Below the pieces are notes generated by a model. It was not told the DNA's origin and did not search any database. It saw only the letters and a program-made list of their open reading frames with translations. The position numbers were made by a program, and so were the translations under genes. From contig CBDAQZ010000001.1 in the NCBI GenBank assembly GCA_965199335.1, positions 205,432-269,431 of the forward strand: DNA of 64,000 nt. Reading direction: 5' to 3'. The DNA is from Alphaproteobacteria bacterium. GTDB lineage: Bacteria > Pseudomonadota > Alphaproteobacteria > CALMVH01. Positions 1 to 9,779 of the stretch are shown here, piece by piece; the stretch's first letter is position 1; every line of letters starts with the position of its first letter.

Positions 1-131
1 AGACGAGGAGCCGTTCTAGAAGAACGGGACGCGGAAACGGAATCTGTGTGGGAAAAGAAGTATGTTCGCGCTAGTCAGCGCGTCGCAGGAAAACCAAAGA
101 GGTGCGGTACATACCCATTAGCGATCTGTAC

Positions 132-172
132 TACGGTTTTTCGAGCTGCACAAGTATTAGTTCAAAACCGTA
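132..172 (-). terminator. Possible stem-loop immediately downstream of the argH stop (9-bp stem TACGGTTTT/AAAACCGTA, 23-nt loop, no U-tract)
   Basis: Perfect inverted repeat 132-140 / 164-172 abutting the argH stop codon at 173-175. It lacks a poly-U tail and has a large loop, so it is weak. Confidence 0.25.
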
Positions 173-1558
173 CTAGAGGAACCGCTTGCGCGCTTCGCCG
201 ATCGCCTCGCGCACCCTGTCGGGCGCCGTGCCGCCGAAGCTCTGGCGTGCGGCGGCGGCGCGATCCGGGCGCAGTATGTCGAAGACTTCACCGGTCAGGC
301 GCGGGTCGATGCCCAGCAGTTCCTCGTGGCGCAGCTGGTCGAGGCGGCAGAGTTTCTGTTCTGCCAGCTGCACGACCTGGCCGACGATGTGATGCGCCTG
401 GCGGAACGGTACGCCGCGCTGGCGCACCAGCCAGTCGGCAAGGTCGGTCGCCGTGATGTAGCCGCGGTTGAGCGCACCGGTCATCGCCGCGTCGTTGGCC
501 CGAATGTCGGCCACCATGCCGGTCATCGCCGCCAACATCAGGCGCAGAGTCTTCACCGCGTCGATCACCGGCTCCTTGTCCTCCTGCATGTCCTTGGCAT
601 AGGCGAGGGCAAGGCCCTTCATCACCGTCAGCAGCGTCGTGAACGCGCCCAGCAGGCGGCCGGTCTTGGCGCGCACCAATTCGGCGGCGTCGGGATTGCG
701 CTTTTGCGGCATGATCGAGCTGCCGGTGGTGAAAGCCTCGGACAGGGTGATGAAGCCGAAGCCCGGATTCATCCAGATCACGATCTCCTCCGCCAGGCGG
801 GACAGATGCATGCCGCCGATCGCCGCCGCCGCCAGGAACTCCAGTGCGAAGTCGCGTGCCGATACCGCGTCGAGCGAGTTGGCCATCGGCCGGTCGAAGC
901 CCAGGGCCGACGCCGTCATATGGCGATCGATCGGAAAGGTGGTGCCGGCCAGCGCCGCCGCGCCCAGCGGGGATTCGTTCAACCGCGCGCGGCAATCGCG
1001 CAGGCGGCCGCGATCCCGGCCCAGCATCTCCACATAAGCCATCAGGTGATGGCCGAAGGTGATCGGTTGCGCCGGTTGCAGATGCGTCAGTCCGGGCATC
1101 AATGTCGCAGCATAGGCCTCGGCCTGGTCCAGCAGCGCGGCTTGCAGCGCGCGCATGCCGCCGTCCATCTCGTCGATCGCATCGCGCAGCCAAAGGCGGA
1201 AATCCGTTGCCACCTGGTCGTTGCGCGAACGCGCGGTGTGCAGCCGTCCCGCAGGCTCGCCGATCAGTTCGGCCAGCCGGGATTCCACGTTCATGTGGAT
1301 GTCTTCCAGCGCGGCGGAAAACTGGAACGTGCCGGCCTCGATTTCCGCCAGCACGGCGTCCAGGCCGCCGGCGATTGCCTGCTCGTCTTCCACGCTGATG
1401 ATGCCGCATGCCGCCAGCATCGCCGCATGCGCTTTCGAAGCGCGGATATCCTGGGCATAAAGCTGGCGATCGACATCGATCGAGGCGTTGATCTCCGCCA
1501 TGATGGCGGCGGGACCGGCGGCATAATGGCCGCCCCAGAGTGGGTTCGGTTTGGACAT
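173..1558 (-). CDS. argH: Argininosuccinate lyase
   Basis: 461-aa ORF. N-terminus [29 protein letters not shown] block and the fumarate-lyase signature [12 protein letters not shown]. Length typical of ArgH. Confidence 0.95.
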   Translation of the reverse strand: MSKPNPLWGGHYAAGPAAIMAEINASIDVDRQLYAQDIRASKAHAAMLAACGIISVEDEQAIAGGLDAVLAEIEAGTFQFSAALEDIHMNVESRLAELIGEPAGRLHTARSRNDQVATDFRLWLRDAIDEMDGGMRALQAALLDQAEAYAATLMPGLTHLQPAQPITFGHHLMAYVEMLGRDRGRLRDCRARLNESPLGAAALAGTTFPIDRHMTASALGFDRPMANSLDAVSARDFALEFLAAAAIGGMHLSRLAEEIVIWMNPGFGFITLSEAFTTGSSIMPQKRNPDAAELVRAKTGRLLGAFTTLLTVMKGLALAYAKDMQEDKEPVIDAVKTLRLMLAAMTGMVADIRANDAAMTGALNRGYITATDLADWLVRQRGVPFRQAHHIVGQVVQLAEQKLCRLDQLRHEELLGIDPRLTGEVFDILRPDRAAAARQSFGGTAPDRVREAIGEARKRFL

Positions 1559-1586
1559 GAGGCCGAGGCTAGCCCAATTCCATTTC

Positions 1587-2447
1587 CTAGGCCACCGGCA
1601 ACTCGGCCAGCGTTTCGTCTGGCGTGAACATCCATTCGATCAGGCCGATATAACCATCGCGCACGGCGACCACGATGGTGCGGTTGTCGACATGGACGAC
1701 CGTTCCGGGTGCCGGCCCGTTGGCTTCCTGCCAGCCCGTCGCGCGATGTACCGTCAGCCATCTGTGATTTACGAAGGCCAGGCTCTCGATCAGTCCGAAC
1801 GCCCGGATATGCCGCAGGATGGCCTCTACCGGCTGCGCGAAGTCGATGGCCCTGTCGATAGTCTTCCACATCGGCCAATACGTTCCTGGCCCTTGCGGCG
1901 TCGCTGCCTGCCATAAGGGTACGAAGTTTTCAGCGATCCTGGTCGCCAGGCGGCGCGCGGCGATCTGGGTCTTGAGATCCAGGCTTTCGTGACATTCGTC
2001 GGCCGTCATGGGAAAGTCCTGCGCGGCGAGGATGTCGCCACAATCGAATTCCCGTGCGATCTTGTGGCAGGTGACGGCCCATGAGCGGCGCTGTTCCAGG
2101 ATGGCGCGCACGGCGGGGTAAGGACCACGCGCCTCGGGCAAGGGCGAGGCATGGAAATTCACCGCGTATTTCAGATAGGGCGGCCAGTCGCCGATCCGCC
2201 ATTTGTAGCTGGCGACGATCAGGGCCTCGCATCCCAATGCCTGCAGTTCCTGCACGTCGCGCTCGCTCATGCGCGATACCTGGACCGCCGCGCCGTGATT
2301 TTCAGCGAGCGCGATCATGGCATCGTTGCCCTCGCGCGCAGGCTGCCGGATGGGAACAGTGAACAGCTTTACCGGTTGCCAGCCCGCACGAAGTAACGCT
2401 TCGAACACACCCAGATACCGGTCGATGCCTGTGATCGCAAAACGCAT
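1587..2447 (-). CDS. Formyltransferase-family protein (Fmt/PurN-like catalytic domain plus C-terminal domain)
   Basis: 286 aa. Motif [16 protein letters not shown] matches the N-x-H-x-S-L-L-P-x-x-R-G formyltransferase core, and DCGDIL supplies the catalytic Asp. It sits 28 nt upstream of argH and 39 nt downstream of the methyltransferase gene. Confidence 0.7.
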   Translation of the reverse strand: MRFAITGIDRYLGVFEALLRAGWQPVKLFTVPIRQPAREGNDAMIALAENHGAAVQVSRMSERDVQELQALGCEALIVASYKWRIGDWPPYLKYAVNFHASPLPEARGPYPAVRAILEQRRSWAVTCHKIAREFDCGDILAAQDFPMTADECHESLDLKTQIAARRLATRIAENFVPLWQAATPQGPGTYWPMWKTIDRAIDFAQPVEAILRHIRAFGLIESLAFVNHRWLTVHRATGWQEANGPAPGTVVHVDNRTIVVAVRDGYIGLIEWMFTPDETLAELPVA

Positions 2448-2486
2448 TTGCCATTACACGGCGCAAACCGTCTTTTTATGCGTGGA

Positions 2487-3449
2487 TCAATAAGAGAAGC
2501 GCGAGGGCTGGCACATGACCAGGCTGTAGCCCTTTTCCTTCGATGTCGTCAGCAGCTCGATGCGGAAGCCCGCTTCCTGCAGGACGCGCACGAACACCCA
2601 TTCCGAAAATTTGTGCGAACGCGCCAGCAGCAGGTGTTCGTCCTTTTCCAGATGAATGGACTCGCTGCCGACCGAAAGATTGGCATCCTTCTTCAATTTA
2701 AAGCTCAATTCGATCTGGTTTTCGTCAGCATTGAAGCGCACCAGCTGGTCGCCGTCCCGATGAGTCAGACCAAGCGTCTGCGCCATTGCGAAAACGAAAT
2801 CCTCTACAAGCGGACCATGGTACTGACTCAGCAGTTTTTCCGTCTTCGAAAGGTTCACCAGCTCTACACCGATAATGACGTAGTCATCCGATGTCATGGA
2901 GTCGCGTAGATTGGTCAATACGCGGTGGCGGTCGGGCTGATTGCCCAGCGTGTTGCCGAGAGAGAGCAGAAGATTCTTTGCGCCGCCTTCGCGCAGCTCG
3001 TAAGTGATGTCGGCAAAATTTCCCAGCTCGAAATCCAGTTGCTTGGGACGGATATCGACGTGCGGATACACTTTGCGAACCGTGGCGCCGGCGGCATCCA
3101 GCATGCGTTGGCTGATATCCACGGGCACGTAGCGGAACTGCACGTTACGCGTGGTCAAGGCCTCCAGCAGCGGCAGGACCGGCGAACCTTCGCCGCAGCC
3201 GACATCGACGATGTTAAGCAGGCTGCCCTCGGCGAACGAGTGCAGGAAGCTGTCGACCTTCGATGTCAGCAGGTTGGCTTCGATATAGTTGATGCCGCGT
3301 ACGTCGTGGGTGCCGCGCGTTGCCGCCAGGTCGTTCCAGGCGCGGGCGCCATTTTCCGTCATGTAGACGAACTTGAGCGGGATTTCGCCGCGGCCCAGGA
3401 TCGAGGTGATCAGCTCGGACGACTGACGCGGCGATAATGTAAGGGTCAT
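2487..3449 (-). CDS. EgtD-fold (Methyltransf_33-like) SAM-dependent methyltransferase
   Basis: Start taken at MTLTLSPRQ (ATG 3449), 2 nt after the upstream stop. Blocks IPLKFVY, VDVGCGEGSPVLPLLEAL, RYVPVDIS, LSLGNTLGN and LLLARSHKFSEWVFVRVLQEAGF are collinear with my recollection of mycobacterial EgtD. The EYYxTRxE substrate motif is not evident. Confidence 0.6.
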   Translation of the reverse strand: MTLTLSPRQSSELITSILGRGEIPLKFVYMTENGARAWNDLAATRGTHDVRGINYIEANLLTSKVDSFLHSFAEGSLLNIVDVGCGEGSPVLPLLEALTTRNVQFRYVPVDISQRMLDAAGATVRKVYPHVDIRPKQLDFELGNFADITYELREGGAKNLLLSLGNTLGNQPDRHRVLTNLRDSMTSDDYVIIGVELVNLSKTEKLLSQYHGPLVEDFVFAMAQTLGLTHRDGDQLVRFNADENQIELSFKLKKDANLSVGSESIHLEKDEHLLLARSHKFSEWVFVRVLQEAGFRIELLTTSKEKGYSLVMCQPSRFSY

Positions 3450-3451
3450 GC

Positions 3452-5179
3452 TTATTGCAGCCCCGTGATCTGGCTGCCTTCCGGCCAGGAGACACGCCAG
3501 CCCAGCTTGACTTCGCCTTTGCCGTCCGCGGCCAGGTCCAGCTTCCACAAGGCAAGCCCGGTCGTATCCTGCGCGTCCTTGGTGTAGCCGTCTGTCGTGG
3601 CATCGGGCAGGATATCGACTTTGATCTGGTCGTTGCGCGATAGCGGCAGCGCCTCCAACACCTCCGCCTTGACCGCGAAGCGGTGCAGGTTGTGGATCGA
3701 GGTGACCGTCTGCCGCTCCCTGGTGCTGTTCTTCGAGATTATGCCGTCCGTGCCGTTCTTGTCGAACAGGACCTGCCGCTTGACCACGATCTGGTCGTCG
3801 ACGCCGAAGCCCAGCGTCGTCTCGTCACCCGGCCGCACCAGCGGCAGTTCGGAATTGCCGATATAGACGCCGTCGCGGAACAGATTGGCGGTGCCCGGCA
3901 GCAACGGCGCATCGCCGCCGATCTTCGTCCGCACCACCAGGAAGGCATGGGTGTTGAGCGCGGGAACCACTTGCTCGATCAGCGCGCCCGTGGCATCGAC
4001 CGCGCCGATCATGACGCGCCGTGCGGTGTTGTCCGCCGTCACGGTCGCGGTGCCGGGAATCTTGTACTCGGTGACATAGCCGCCGGCATTGAGGCTGGCG
4101 GATCGGAATGCAGCAGGGACGGGAGGAGGTACAGGCATAGGTGAGGAAGGTAGAACGGGGACAACGGGCGCAGATGAAAATGCCGCAAGAGGAGAATTCT
4201 CGTTTGCTTCATCCAGTCCTTTTTGTATGGCATCGCTATCGACAGGCTGTGCTTTGCCATAAGCCATTTGCTTTTTGGCCATCACATTTGGCTGATACAG
4301 ATTTACCCAGATCGAACCCGGACGCGGCGGTGTTGCGCCCTGCGTCGGCTGCGCGGTCGACAATGTCAGGGCGACGTTGGTCCAGTCCTCGCCGGTCGAC
4401 TGGCGAACCTGTCCGAACTGGGTTATCGCCAGCTTGCTGCCGGCCGTATCCAGCCGCGCATCGTAGAGCGGGGTCCAGGTGGCGTTGGGCACCTGGTAGC
4501 TGAGCTTCATCGTCAGCGTGGTCGCTGTCGCGGTTTCCAGCGGGATCGCAACCCGTTCGCTGTTGCGCTGGCCGGTCCGCAGTGCGCCGAGGTCGCCTTG
4601 AACCGCGGCAATCTGCTCGTCGATCTCGCGCAACGCCACGGTCTGCGTCACGTCCGCCTTCAATGCTTCGTCCATGTCGATATAGAGGGCATTGCTGGCG
4701 GCGCTCCACTCTTCGGGTTTCAGGTCCATGTGAACGAAGTTCTGGTTCACCGCTGCCGCTGCCTGCTGGCCCAGGCTGGTCAGGAAGGTTTGCCGTGATT
4801 CGTTGGCCTTGCTATCCGCCTCGATCAGCGCGCGCTTGTCCTGCAGGCCCTGCAACGTGGCGTTCAGTTCGCGTTCGCGCGGCTGGGCCAGCTCGGTGCC
4901 GTTGACGATCTTACTTTCCAGCGCGCCCAGCGTGACGGCTGTGGTAGCGACGCCTTCGGCCTTCAGCGAGTTGGCCATCAGCGTGGCCGGCAGGTTCTCG
5001 ATGACGATGGTGCTGGCGCCGGCAGGGATTTCGATCTCGGCCTCGCGCGTTACAGTTGCGCGGTCGCCGTAGACGGTCACGGCGGAAATATGGGTCGATG
5101 TGGTGATTTCGCCCGCAAGCGCCGGAATTGCAAGGCCGGCCATGATGAAAGCCTGAATCAGAACGCGCTGCATGGCCAT
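3452..5179 (-). CDS. Secreted DUF4140/DUF4139 (MuiA-like) protein
   Basis: 575 aa with an N-terminal signal peptide (MAMQRVLIQAFIMAGLAIPALAGE). Also ISAVTVYGDRATVTRE, NATWTPLYDARLD and LTLSTAQP blocks typical of the TIGR02231/DUF4139 family, and a central coiled-coil-like region. Confidence 0.6.
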   Translation of the reverse strand: MAMQRVLIQAFIMAGLAIPALAGEITTSTHISAVTVYGDRATVTREAEIEIPAGASTIVIENLPATLMANSLKAEGVATTAVTLGALESKIVNGTELAQPRERELNATLQGLQDKRALIEADSKANESRQTFLTSLGQQAAAAVNQNFVHMDLKPEEWSAASNALYIDMDEALKADVTQTVALREIDEQIAAVQGDLGALRTGQRNSERVAIPLETATATTLTMKLSYQVPNATWTPLYDARLDTAGSKLAITQFGQVRQSTGEDWTNVALTLSTAQPTQGATPPRPGSIWVNLYQPNVMAKKQMAYGKAQPVDSDAIQKGLDEANENSPLAAFSSAPVVPVLPSSPMPVPPPVPAAFRSASLNAGGYVTEYKIPGTATVTADNTARRVMIGAVDATGALIEQVVPALNTHAFLVVRTKIGGDAPLLPGTANLFRDGVYIGNSELPLVRPGDETTLGFGVDDQIVVKRQVLFDKNGTDGIISKNSTRERQTVTSIHNLHRFAVKAEVLEALPLSRNDQIKVDILPDATTDGYTKDAQDTTGLALWKLDLAADGKGEVKLGWRVSWPEGSQITGLQ

Positions 5180-5236
5180 TTCCTCGCCTGTTATTATAGG
5201 CGAAGTTTAGCGCAAACCATGCCTACGGCAAGCGCC

Positions 5237-5863
5237 TCACCACAGGCTGCAGTTGAACGCGATAGAGATGCGCGTGCCGCTGCCGCCATAGGGCATGACC
5301 GAATGAGCCAGCCACGAGGGAAACAGCAGCAATTGGCCGGTTTTCGGGTAGATGCGTTCGCTCAGCCCAGCGGACAGGCAGCCGTCGAACGTCATCTTGA
5401 CCCCCGGGGCGTACATTAGCGGGGCAGCGCCGCGCGGGTCCTTGAACTCGATCGCGCCGCCCAAATCCTGGCCACCCGCGATACCGCCATCGTCGACATA
5501 GAACGAGCCGGACCAGTACGATGCCGGATGGAAATGCACGGCGTTGCCATGGCCAAGCCGGTTGATATTGGCCCAGGCCTGGAATTTCCAGTCCAGTGGC
5601 TGCTTCTTGAGCGCGCCCTGATCCAGGGTTGCGGTCGAGCTGTCCAGGATCGATCTGATGCCGGCGAACAGGTTCGTGCCATCCTCGCCCGTCCAATCCA
5701 GCAGATCGTCATTGGATTGCCAGCCACCCTCGTTGCTGCGGGACGATCCCGCATCGCTTGTCGACCGTGCCAGGATGGTCGCCCGCAGGGACGCAATCAA
5801 GGGAGAGGCGGCTTCGATTTCCGTAACGATCAGGGGTGTCGGAAACAGGGATTTGACGATCAT
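5237..5863 (-). CDS. Putative 2OG-Fe(II) oxygenase-like protein (TIGR02466-type conserved hypothetical)
   Basis: 208 aa. MIVKSLFPTPL start, NAVHFHPAS...SGSFYV and LLLFPSWLAHSV blocks resemble the cupin-type family. Assignment is from memory only. Confidence 0.45.
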   Translation of the reverse strand: MIVKSLFPTPLIVTEIEAASPLIASLRATILARSTSDAGSSRSNEGGWQSNDDLLDWTGEDGTNLFAGIRSILDSSTATLDQGALKKQPLDWKFQAWANINRLGHGNAVHFHPASYWSGSFYVDDGGIAGGQDLGGAIEFKDPRGAAPLMYAPGVKMTFDGCLSAGLSERIYPKTGQLLLFPSWLAHSVMPYGGSGTRISIAFNCSLW

Positions 5864-5917
5864 CGGATAAGTCTCATTCGAATGATACGGATCGTCGGAG
5901 GAAAACTTGCGCGGGGG

Positions 5918-7453
5918 TTACAGGAAAGTTAGATCCGTCAGTTCCATCTTCAGTATTTGCGCGCGCTGCCGGATTTCGTCCCGTTCTTCCGCGGTCTTGC
6001 GCGTCAGGTTGGTGTACTGGTTCCTCATCCGCATGTTGCCGTCAAAGCGCGATTTGTGACGATCGAGGAAATCCCAGTACAACGTCGTGAAAGGACAAGC
6101 CTCTTCGCCGACGGATTTGTGCGGATCGTAGCGACACTTACCGCAATGGTCGCTCATTTTGTCTATGTAGTTGCCGGAAGCGACATAGGGCTTCGTCCCC
6201 ATGATGCCGCCATCGCCGTACTGGCTCATGCCGAGCGTGTTCGGTAGCGACACCCAGTCGATCGAATCCCAGAACATCGACATGTGCCAGCGATGCACGT
6301 CATAAGGACGCACACCCAGCAACAAGGCAAATAGTCCCAGCACCATGAGGCGTTCGATATGGTGTGCATAGGCACGGTCGATGGTGTGGCCGATAGCCTG
6401 CGACAGGCAACGCATATCCGTCTCGCCGGTCCAGTAGAAACGCGGCATCGGCAGTTCTGCCTCCAGCGTATTGCCCTCGGCGTAATCCGGCATCAGACGC
6501 CAGTACATTCCCCTAACGAATTCGCGCCAGCCGATGATCTGTCGCACGAAGCCTTCGACCGAATTCAGGGGCGCCTTCGCCGGGTTGGCTATCACGGCCT
6601 CGACGACTTCCTTCGGATCGAGCAAATGCAGATTGAGCGGCCCCGAGAGCGCGGAGTGAAACAGCAGCCATTCGCCGCCCCGCATCGCATCCTGATAGCG
6701 CCCGAAATTTCCCAGGCGACGGTTGACGAAATCGTGAAGTGCGACAAGCGCCTGCGCGCGTGTCACCGGCAGGTCGAAATCGGCCAGGCTACCGGGGTTT
6801 CCGGGAAACATGCGTTCGACCATCGCGAGCACATCGTGAGTCGTTTGATCGGGCGCGAAGTGAGGCGGTTCGGGAATAACGATCTTTTGCCTGCGGCCAA
6901 GCGTTTCGCGATTGTCATGATCGAAATTCCACGCCCCACCCGTGGGTTCGCCATTGTCCTCCATCAAAATGCCGAGACGCCGGCGCATGAAGCGATAGAA
7001 AGTTTCCAGGATCGGATGACGGTGCTTGTCGGCAAAACTTGTAAACTCGTCGTGACTGCACAGAAAATGCCGGTCCTCCCGCATCTCCAGGTTCAGATCG
7101 AGCGCGCGCAACATCTTACGCACGCGCCAATCGCCGGGCTCCAATACGATCAGACGCTCCGGCATCAGCTTTTGTGCCCAACGCCTTAGCTCGTCGGAAA
7201 AATTTCCGAGGTTCTCATCGTTGTCCAGCTCGCTGTAAAACACCCTGCGTCCGGCCAGGCGTTGCTCGTCACGAAAATGACGCATGCACGCGAAGAAATA
7301 GGCCAGCCGTTTTTTATGCTGCGGTATGTAGCTCGCTTCCTCGCGTACCTCCATTTGCAGGATCGCATCGTGGCCGGGATCGAATCCGTCGAATGCCGTG
7401 GAATGCGGATCGAGTTGATCGCCCAGGACGACGATCAGGTTGCGCAGGCTCAC
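5918..7453 (-). CDS. FeS-BCP cryptochrome / (6-4) photolyase (CryB/PhrB family)
   Basis: About 511 aa from GTG 7453 (VSLRNLIVVLGDQL). The GTG overlaps the upstream stop as GTGA. C-terminal Cys cluster (MRCLSQ ... HCGKCRYDP ... EEACPF) is consistent with the 4Fe-4S ligands of this family. The track ORF start at 7525 is probably over-extended. Confidence 0.8.
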   Translation of the reverse strand: MSLRNLIVVLGDQLDPHSTAFDGFDPGHDAILQMEVREEASYIPQHKKRLAYFFACMRHFRDEQRLAGRRVFYSELDNDENLGNFSDELRRWAQKLMPERLIVLEPGDWRVRKMLRALDLNLEMREDRHFLCSHDEFTSFADKHRHPILETFYRFMRRRLGILMEDNGEPTGGAWNFDHDNRETLGRRQKIVIPEPPHFAPDQTTHDVLAMVERMFPGNPGSLADFDLPVTRAQALVALHDFVNRRLGNFGRYQDAMRGGEWLLFHSALSGPLNLHLLDPKEVVEAVIANPAKAPLNSVEGFVRQIIGWREFVRGMYWRLMPDYAEGNTLEAELPMPRFYWTGETDMRCLSQAIGHTIDRAYAHHIERLMVLGLFALLLGVRPYDVHRWHMSMFWDSIDWVSLPNTLGMSQYGDGGIMGTKPYVASGNYIDKMSDHCGKCRYDPHKSVGEEACPFTTLYWDFLDRHKSRFDGNMRMRNQYTNLTRKTAEERDEIRQRAQILKMELTDLTFL

Positions 7454-8028
7454 TGTTCGGCCACTATGCGTTCGATCCGGCTGTCGGGGATCAACCACAT
7501 CGCGGCTACCAACGCATAGAGGCATTGTGCAATCCAGGGATGCCAGAAGGAAAAGCCGATGGCGCTGCCATAGAGTATGAGCGAGCCGCGCCCCTTCCGA
7601 TCGCGCCCGACCGCTTCCTTCAAAAGCGAATTCGATGGATGTGCGCGGATGATCGAGCGTTGCAGGATGATAAAGGCGATCGCCACGATCAGTAGCAGCA
7701 CGCCATAGACGATCGTCGGCTGTCGCTGCTCGAAGCTTTGCCCCATCCAGCCGGTGATCCAGGGCACGAAGGAAAGCCAGAACAGGAAATGCAGGTTCGC
7801 CAGCAGCACGCGACCGCCGATCAGCTTGGTGGCGCTCAGCATATGGTGATGGTTGTTCCAGTAGATGCCGACATAGATGAAGCTGAGGGCATAGGCCAGG
7901 AACCCCGGCAGCAACGGCTTCAACGCATGCCAGTCGGTGCCCTGGGGTGTCTTTAGTTCCAGCACCATGATGGTGATGATGACGGCGATCACGCCATCGC
8001 TGAACGCCTCGAGACGGTTCTTTTCCAT
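7450..8028 (-). CDS. TMEM175/DUF1211-family membrane protein (putative K+ channel)
   Basis: 192 aa. N-terminal RLEAFSDGVIAVIITIMVLEL motif (the RxxxFSD signature helix) and six hydrophobic segments. Confidence 0.75.
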   Translation of the reverse strand: MEKNRLEAFSDGVIAVIITIMVLELKTPQGTDWHALKPLLPGFLAYALSFIYVGIYWNNHHHMLSATKLIGGRVLLANLHFLFWLSFVPWITGWMGQSFEQRQPTIVYGVLLLIVAIAFIILQRSIIRAHPSNSLLKEAVGRDRKGRGSLILYGSAIGFSFWHPWIAQCLYALVAAMWLIPDSRIERIVAEQ

Positions 8029-8083
8029 GTGCGCTTACCCGGCCATCGTGGATCGACAGGGCCTTTTATACCGCGACGGATGG

Positions 8084-9055
8084 TTATTCGAAATAATTCG
8101 GTGCGCACCAGATCGATTTGACGGCGCGGTAAAGCCGCATCGGCGAGCCTTCGCGTATTGCGATGTAGCGAGGCGAGATGTCGGCGGTAAAATTCGTCGC
8201 CAGGCGAAAGCTGCCTTCGTTCGGCGCGCCGTCGAAATCAAATGTGCATCCTCGCGCCATGGCGTCCTGGATTCCTTCCCACAGCAGCAGGTTGATGGCC
8301 CCGCGATGGGCCTCCGCGCGCCGTGTCGAATTGAAATAGTAATACGATGAATTGTCCCAGATCGTGAACATTGCACATGCCAGTTTTCCGTCGGCTTCGC
8401 GCGCGCCGTAGATTGCACCGCGGCCACGTTCGATGCACGCACCGATCAGCTGCCGCCAGGTCGTTTCATCCATCCAGTTCTGCTTGCCCTTAACAGCAAG
8501 GTTGTCACGGTAGTTGGCGATGAACTCGTCCGGATCTACCTTGGAATCGACGGTGACGACCTCCCGTGCGTGGCGAATGTTGTTGCGGCCCTTGTCGCGC
8601 ATGTTCTTCCACACCAGATCGGCCGGCTGCGGTGCGATCTCATGCGTGAACTGGACGGAAGCGCGAAAACCGTTCGAGATGAACGGGATCGTGTCCGTAA
8701 CGCCGCGATGGCATTTGACATAGAACAGGATCGTATCGGGCAGCTTGCTTATCAGCTCGTGCGTGATGTCCAATCGTTTGAGCAGTTGTGTGCCCGATTT
8801 ACCATTGCCCTCGTCAACCGCCGGACCCAGGAAGTGGGTAAAGCGCGGCATCTCGCCAATGCTGAACCCCAGCTTGTGCCGGGTAACGAAAGGCATGCGG
8901 CCCACGACGCGGCCGTTATCGACTGCCTCGACAACGTCCCAGCGGCCGCCGGTTGCGACATCCAGCCACCAGGGTTCATGGAAAATCGTGGGTTCAAGCG
9001 GATTGATACGAACAATGGAGTGTTTGTTCGTATCAGCCGATACCTGGCTGGTCAT
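8084..9055 (-). CDS. FemAB/CelD-like GNAT-fold acetyltransferase domain protein
   Basis: About 323 aa from MTSQVSAD. C-terminal block AMFTIWDNSSYYYFNSTRR...GAINLLLWEGIQDAMARGCTFDFDG resembles the Acetyltransf_6 (BioF2-like) family. Start is uncertain (9100 or 9055). Confidence 0.5.
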   Translation of the reverse strand: MTSQVSADTNKHSIVRINPLEPTIFHEPWWLDVATGGRWDVVEAVDNGRVVGRMPFVTRHKLGFSIGEMPRFTHFLGPAVDEGNGKSGTQLLKRLDITHELISKLPDTILFYVKCHRGVTDTIPFISNGFRASVQFTHEIAPQPADLVWKNMRDKGRNNIRHAREVVTVDSKVDPDEFIANYRDNLAVKGKQNWMDETTWRQLIGACIERGRGAIYGAREADGKLACAMFTIWDNSSYYYFNSTRRAEAHRGAINLLLWEGIQDAMARGCTFDFDGAPNEGSFRLATNFTADISPRYIAIREGSPMRLYRAVKSIWCAPNYFE

Positions 9056-9444
9056 CGGGGGTACTCTGGGCAATCGATAGGCGTTGTTCACGGTGCACAT
9101 TTACCCGCAGTCTCTAATATAATCTATAAGGCTTCGTGTACTATACGGTTCAAATGCTGTATCTAGACGCAGTCGTTGCACTTTTGTCATGATAATAAAT
9201 TTCCGGCATCTCATGCGAGAGTCCGAGGGCCTACAGGCTTCTTTAAATAAGCCCGGGAGGCCATAATAAATATTAATCAAAAATACAGAATAAAGGCATG
9301 GGCTTGTCTGCTGTCCGCTATAATGTTATATTTTAACCTATTGTGGTTATATTGCTGTCAGAAACGGGCCATTATTAGCGGGTAAAAATATTGAGTTTCC
9401 AGAGGTACGTCGAAATTCATAAACAAAGTCTGCATATTTTGCGG

Positions 9445-9729
9445 ATGCAGCCCTATGTCAGCGGCCAGAAACCCATGCCTCGGTTTTTCGAAACGGTCAC
9501 CAAGCGGATCGAGCTGTTCAAGGCCAAGCAGATTTTCCGAAAATTCGCCCGGGCCGATCGCGCGCTTCACACGGCTATGATGAACATGCAGCACCACATG
9601 ACGCCGGCAAAGCTATCTATCGCCAAAGGGCGCCTGCTGAAGGCGCAGAGAAAATACAACGCAGCGAAACAGAAGTTTCAATGCGACAAGGACCATCCTG
9701 TCGATCGGATGACAGGGCCAATGGGTTGA
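9445..9729 (+). CDS. Small basic hypothetical protein (94 aa)
   Basis: ATG at 9445 inside track ORF 9391-9729. Third-codon positions are strongly G/C-biased from this point on, unlike the AT-rich 9101-9440 leader. No family recognised. Confidence 0.4.
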   Translation: MQPYVSGQKPMPRFFETVTKRIELFKAKQIFRKFARADRALHTAMMNMQHHMTPAKLSIAKGRLLKAQRKYNAAKQKFQCDKDHPVDRMTGPMG

Positions 9730-9779
9730 TCTCCGACCTATCGGCAAGACCGGATGTTGCTATCAATCAGCTGGACCGC

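Noticed and set aside
11-27. Perfect 7-bp hairpin CCGTTCT-AGA-AGAACGG at the left edge of the window.
   Set aside because: It has no U-tract on either strand and lies too close to the window edge to know its context. It cannot be assigned as a terminator.
326-1627. 433-aa plus-strand ORF covering argH. Similar very long antisense ORFs occur elsewhere (for example 22686-23927, 45083-46117, 50393-52648 with 751 aa, 55545-58100 with 851 aa, 58387-59787).
   Set aside because: They lie antisense to, or out of frame with, genes that carry unmistakable family motifs. Their translations are Arg/Ala/Gly/Pro-rich low-complexity strings, typical of stop-codon-poor frames in high-GC DNA.
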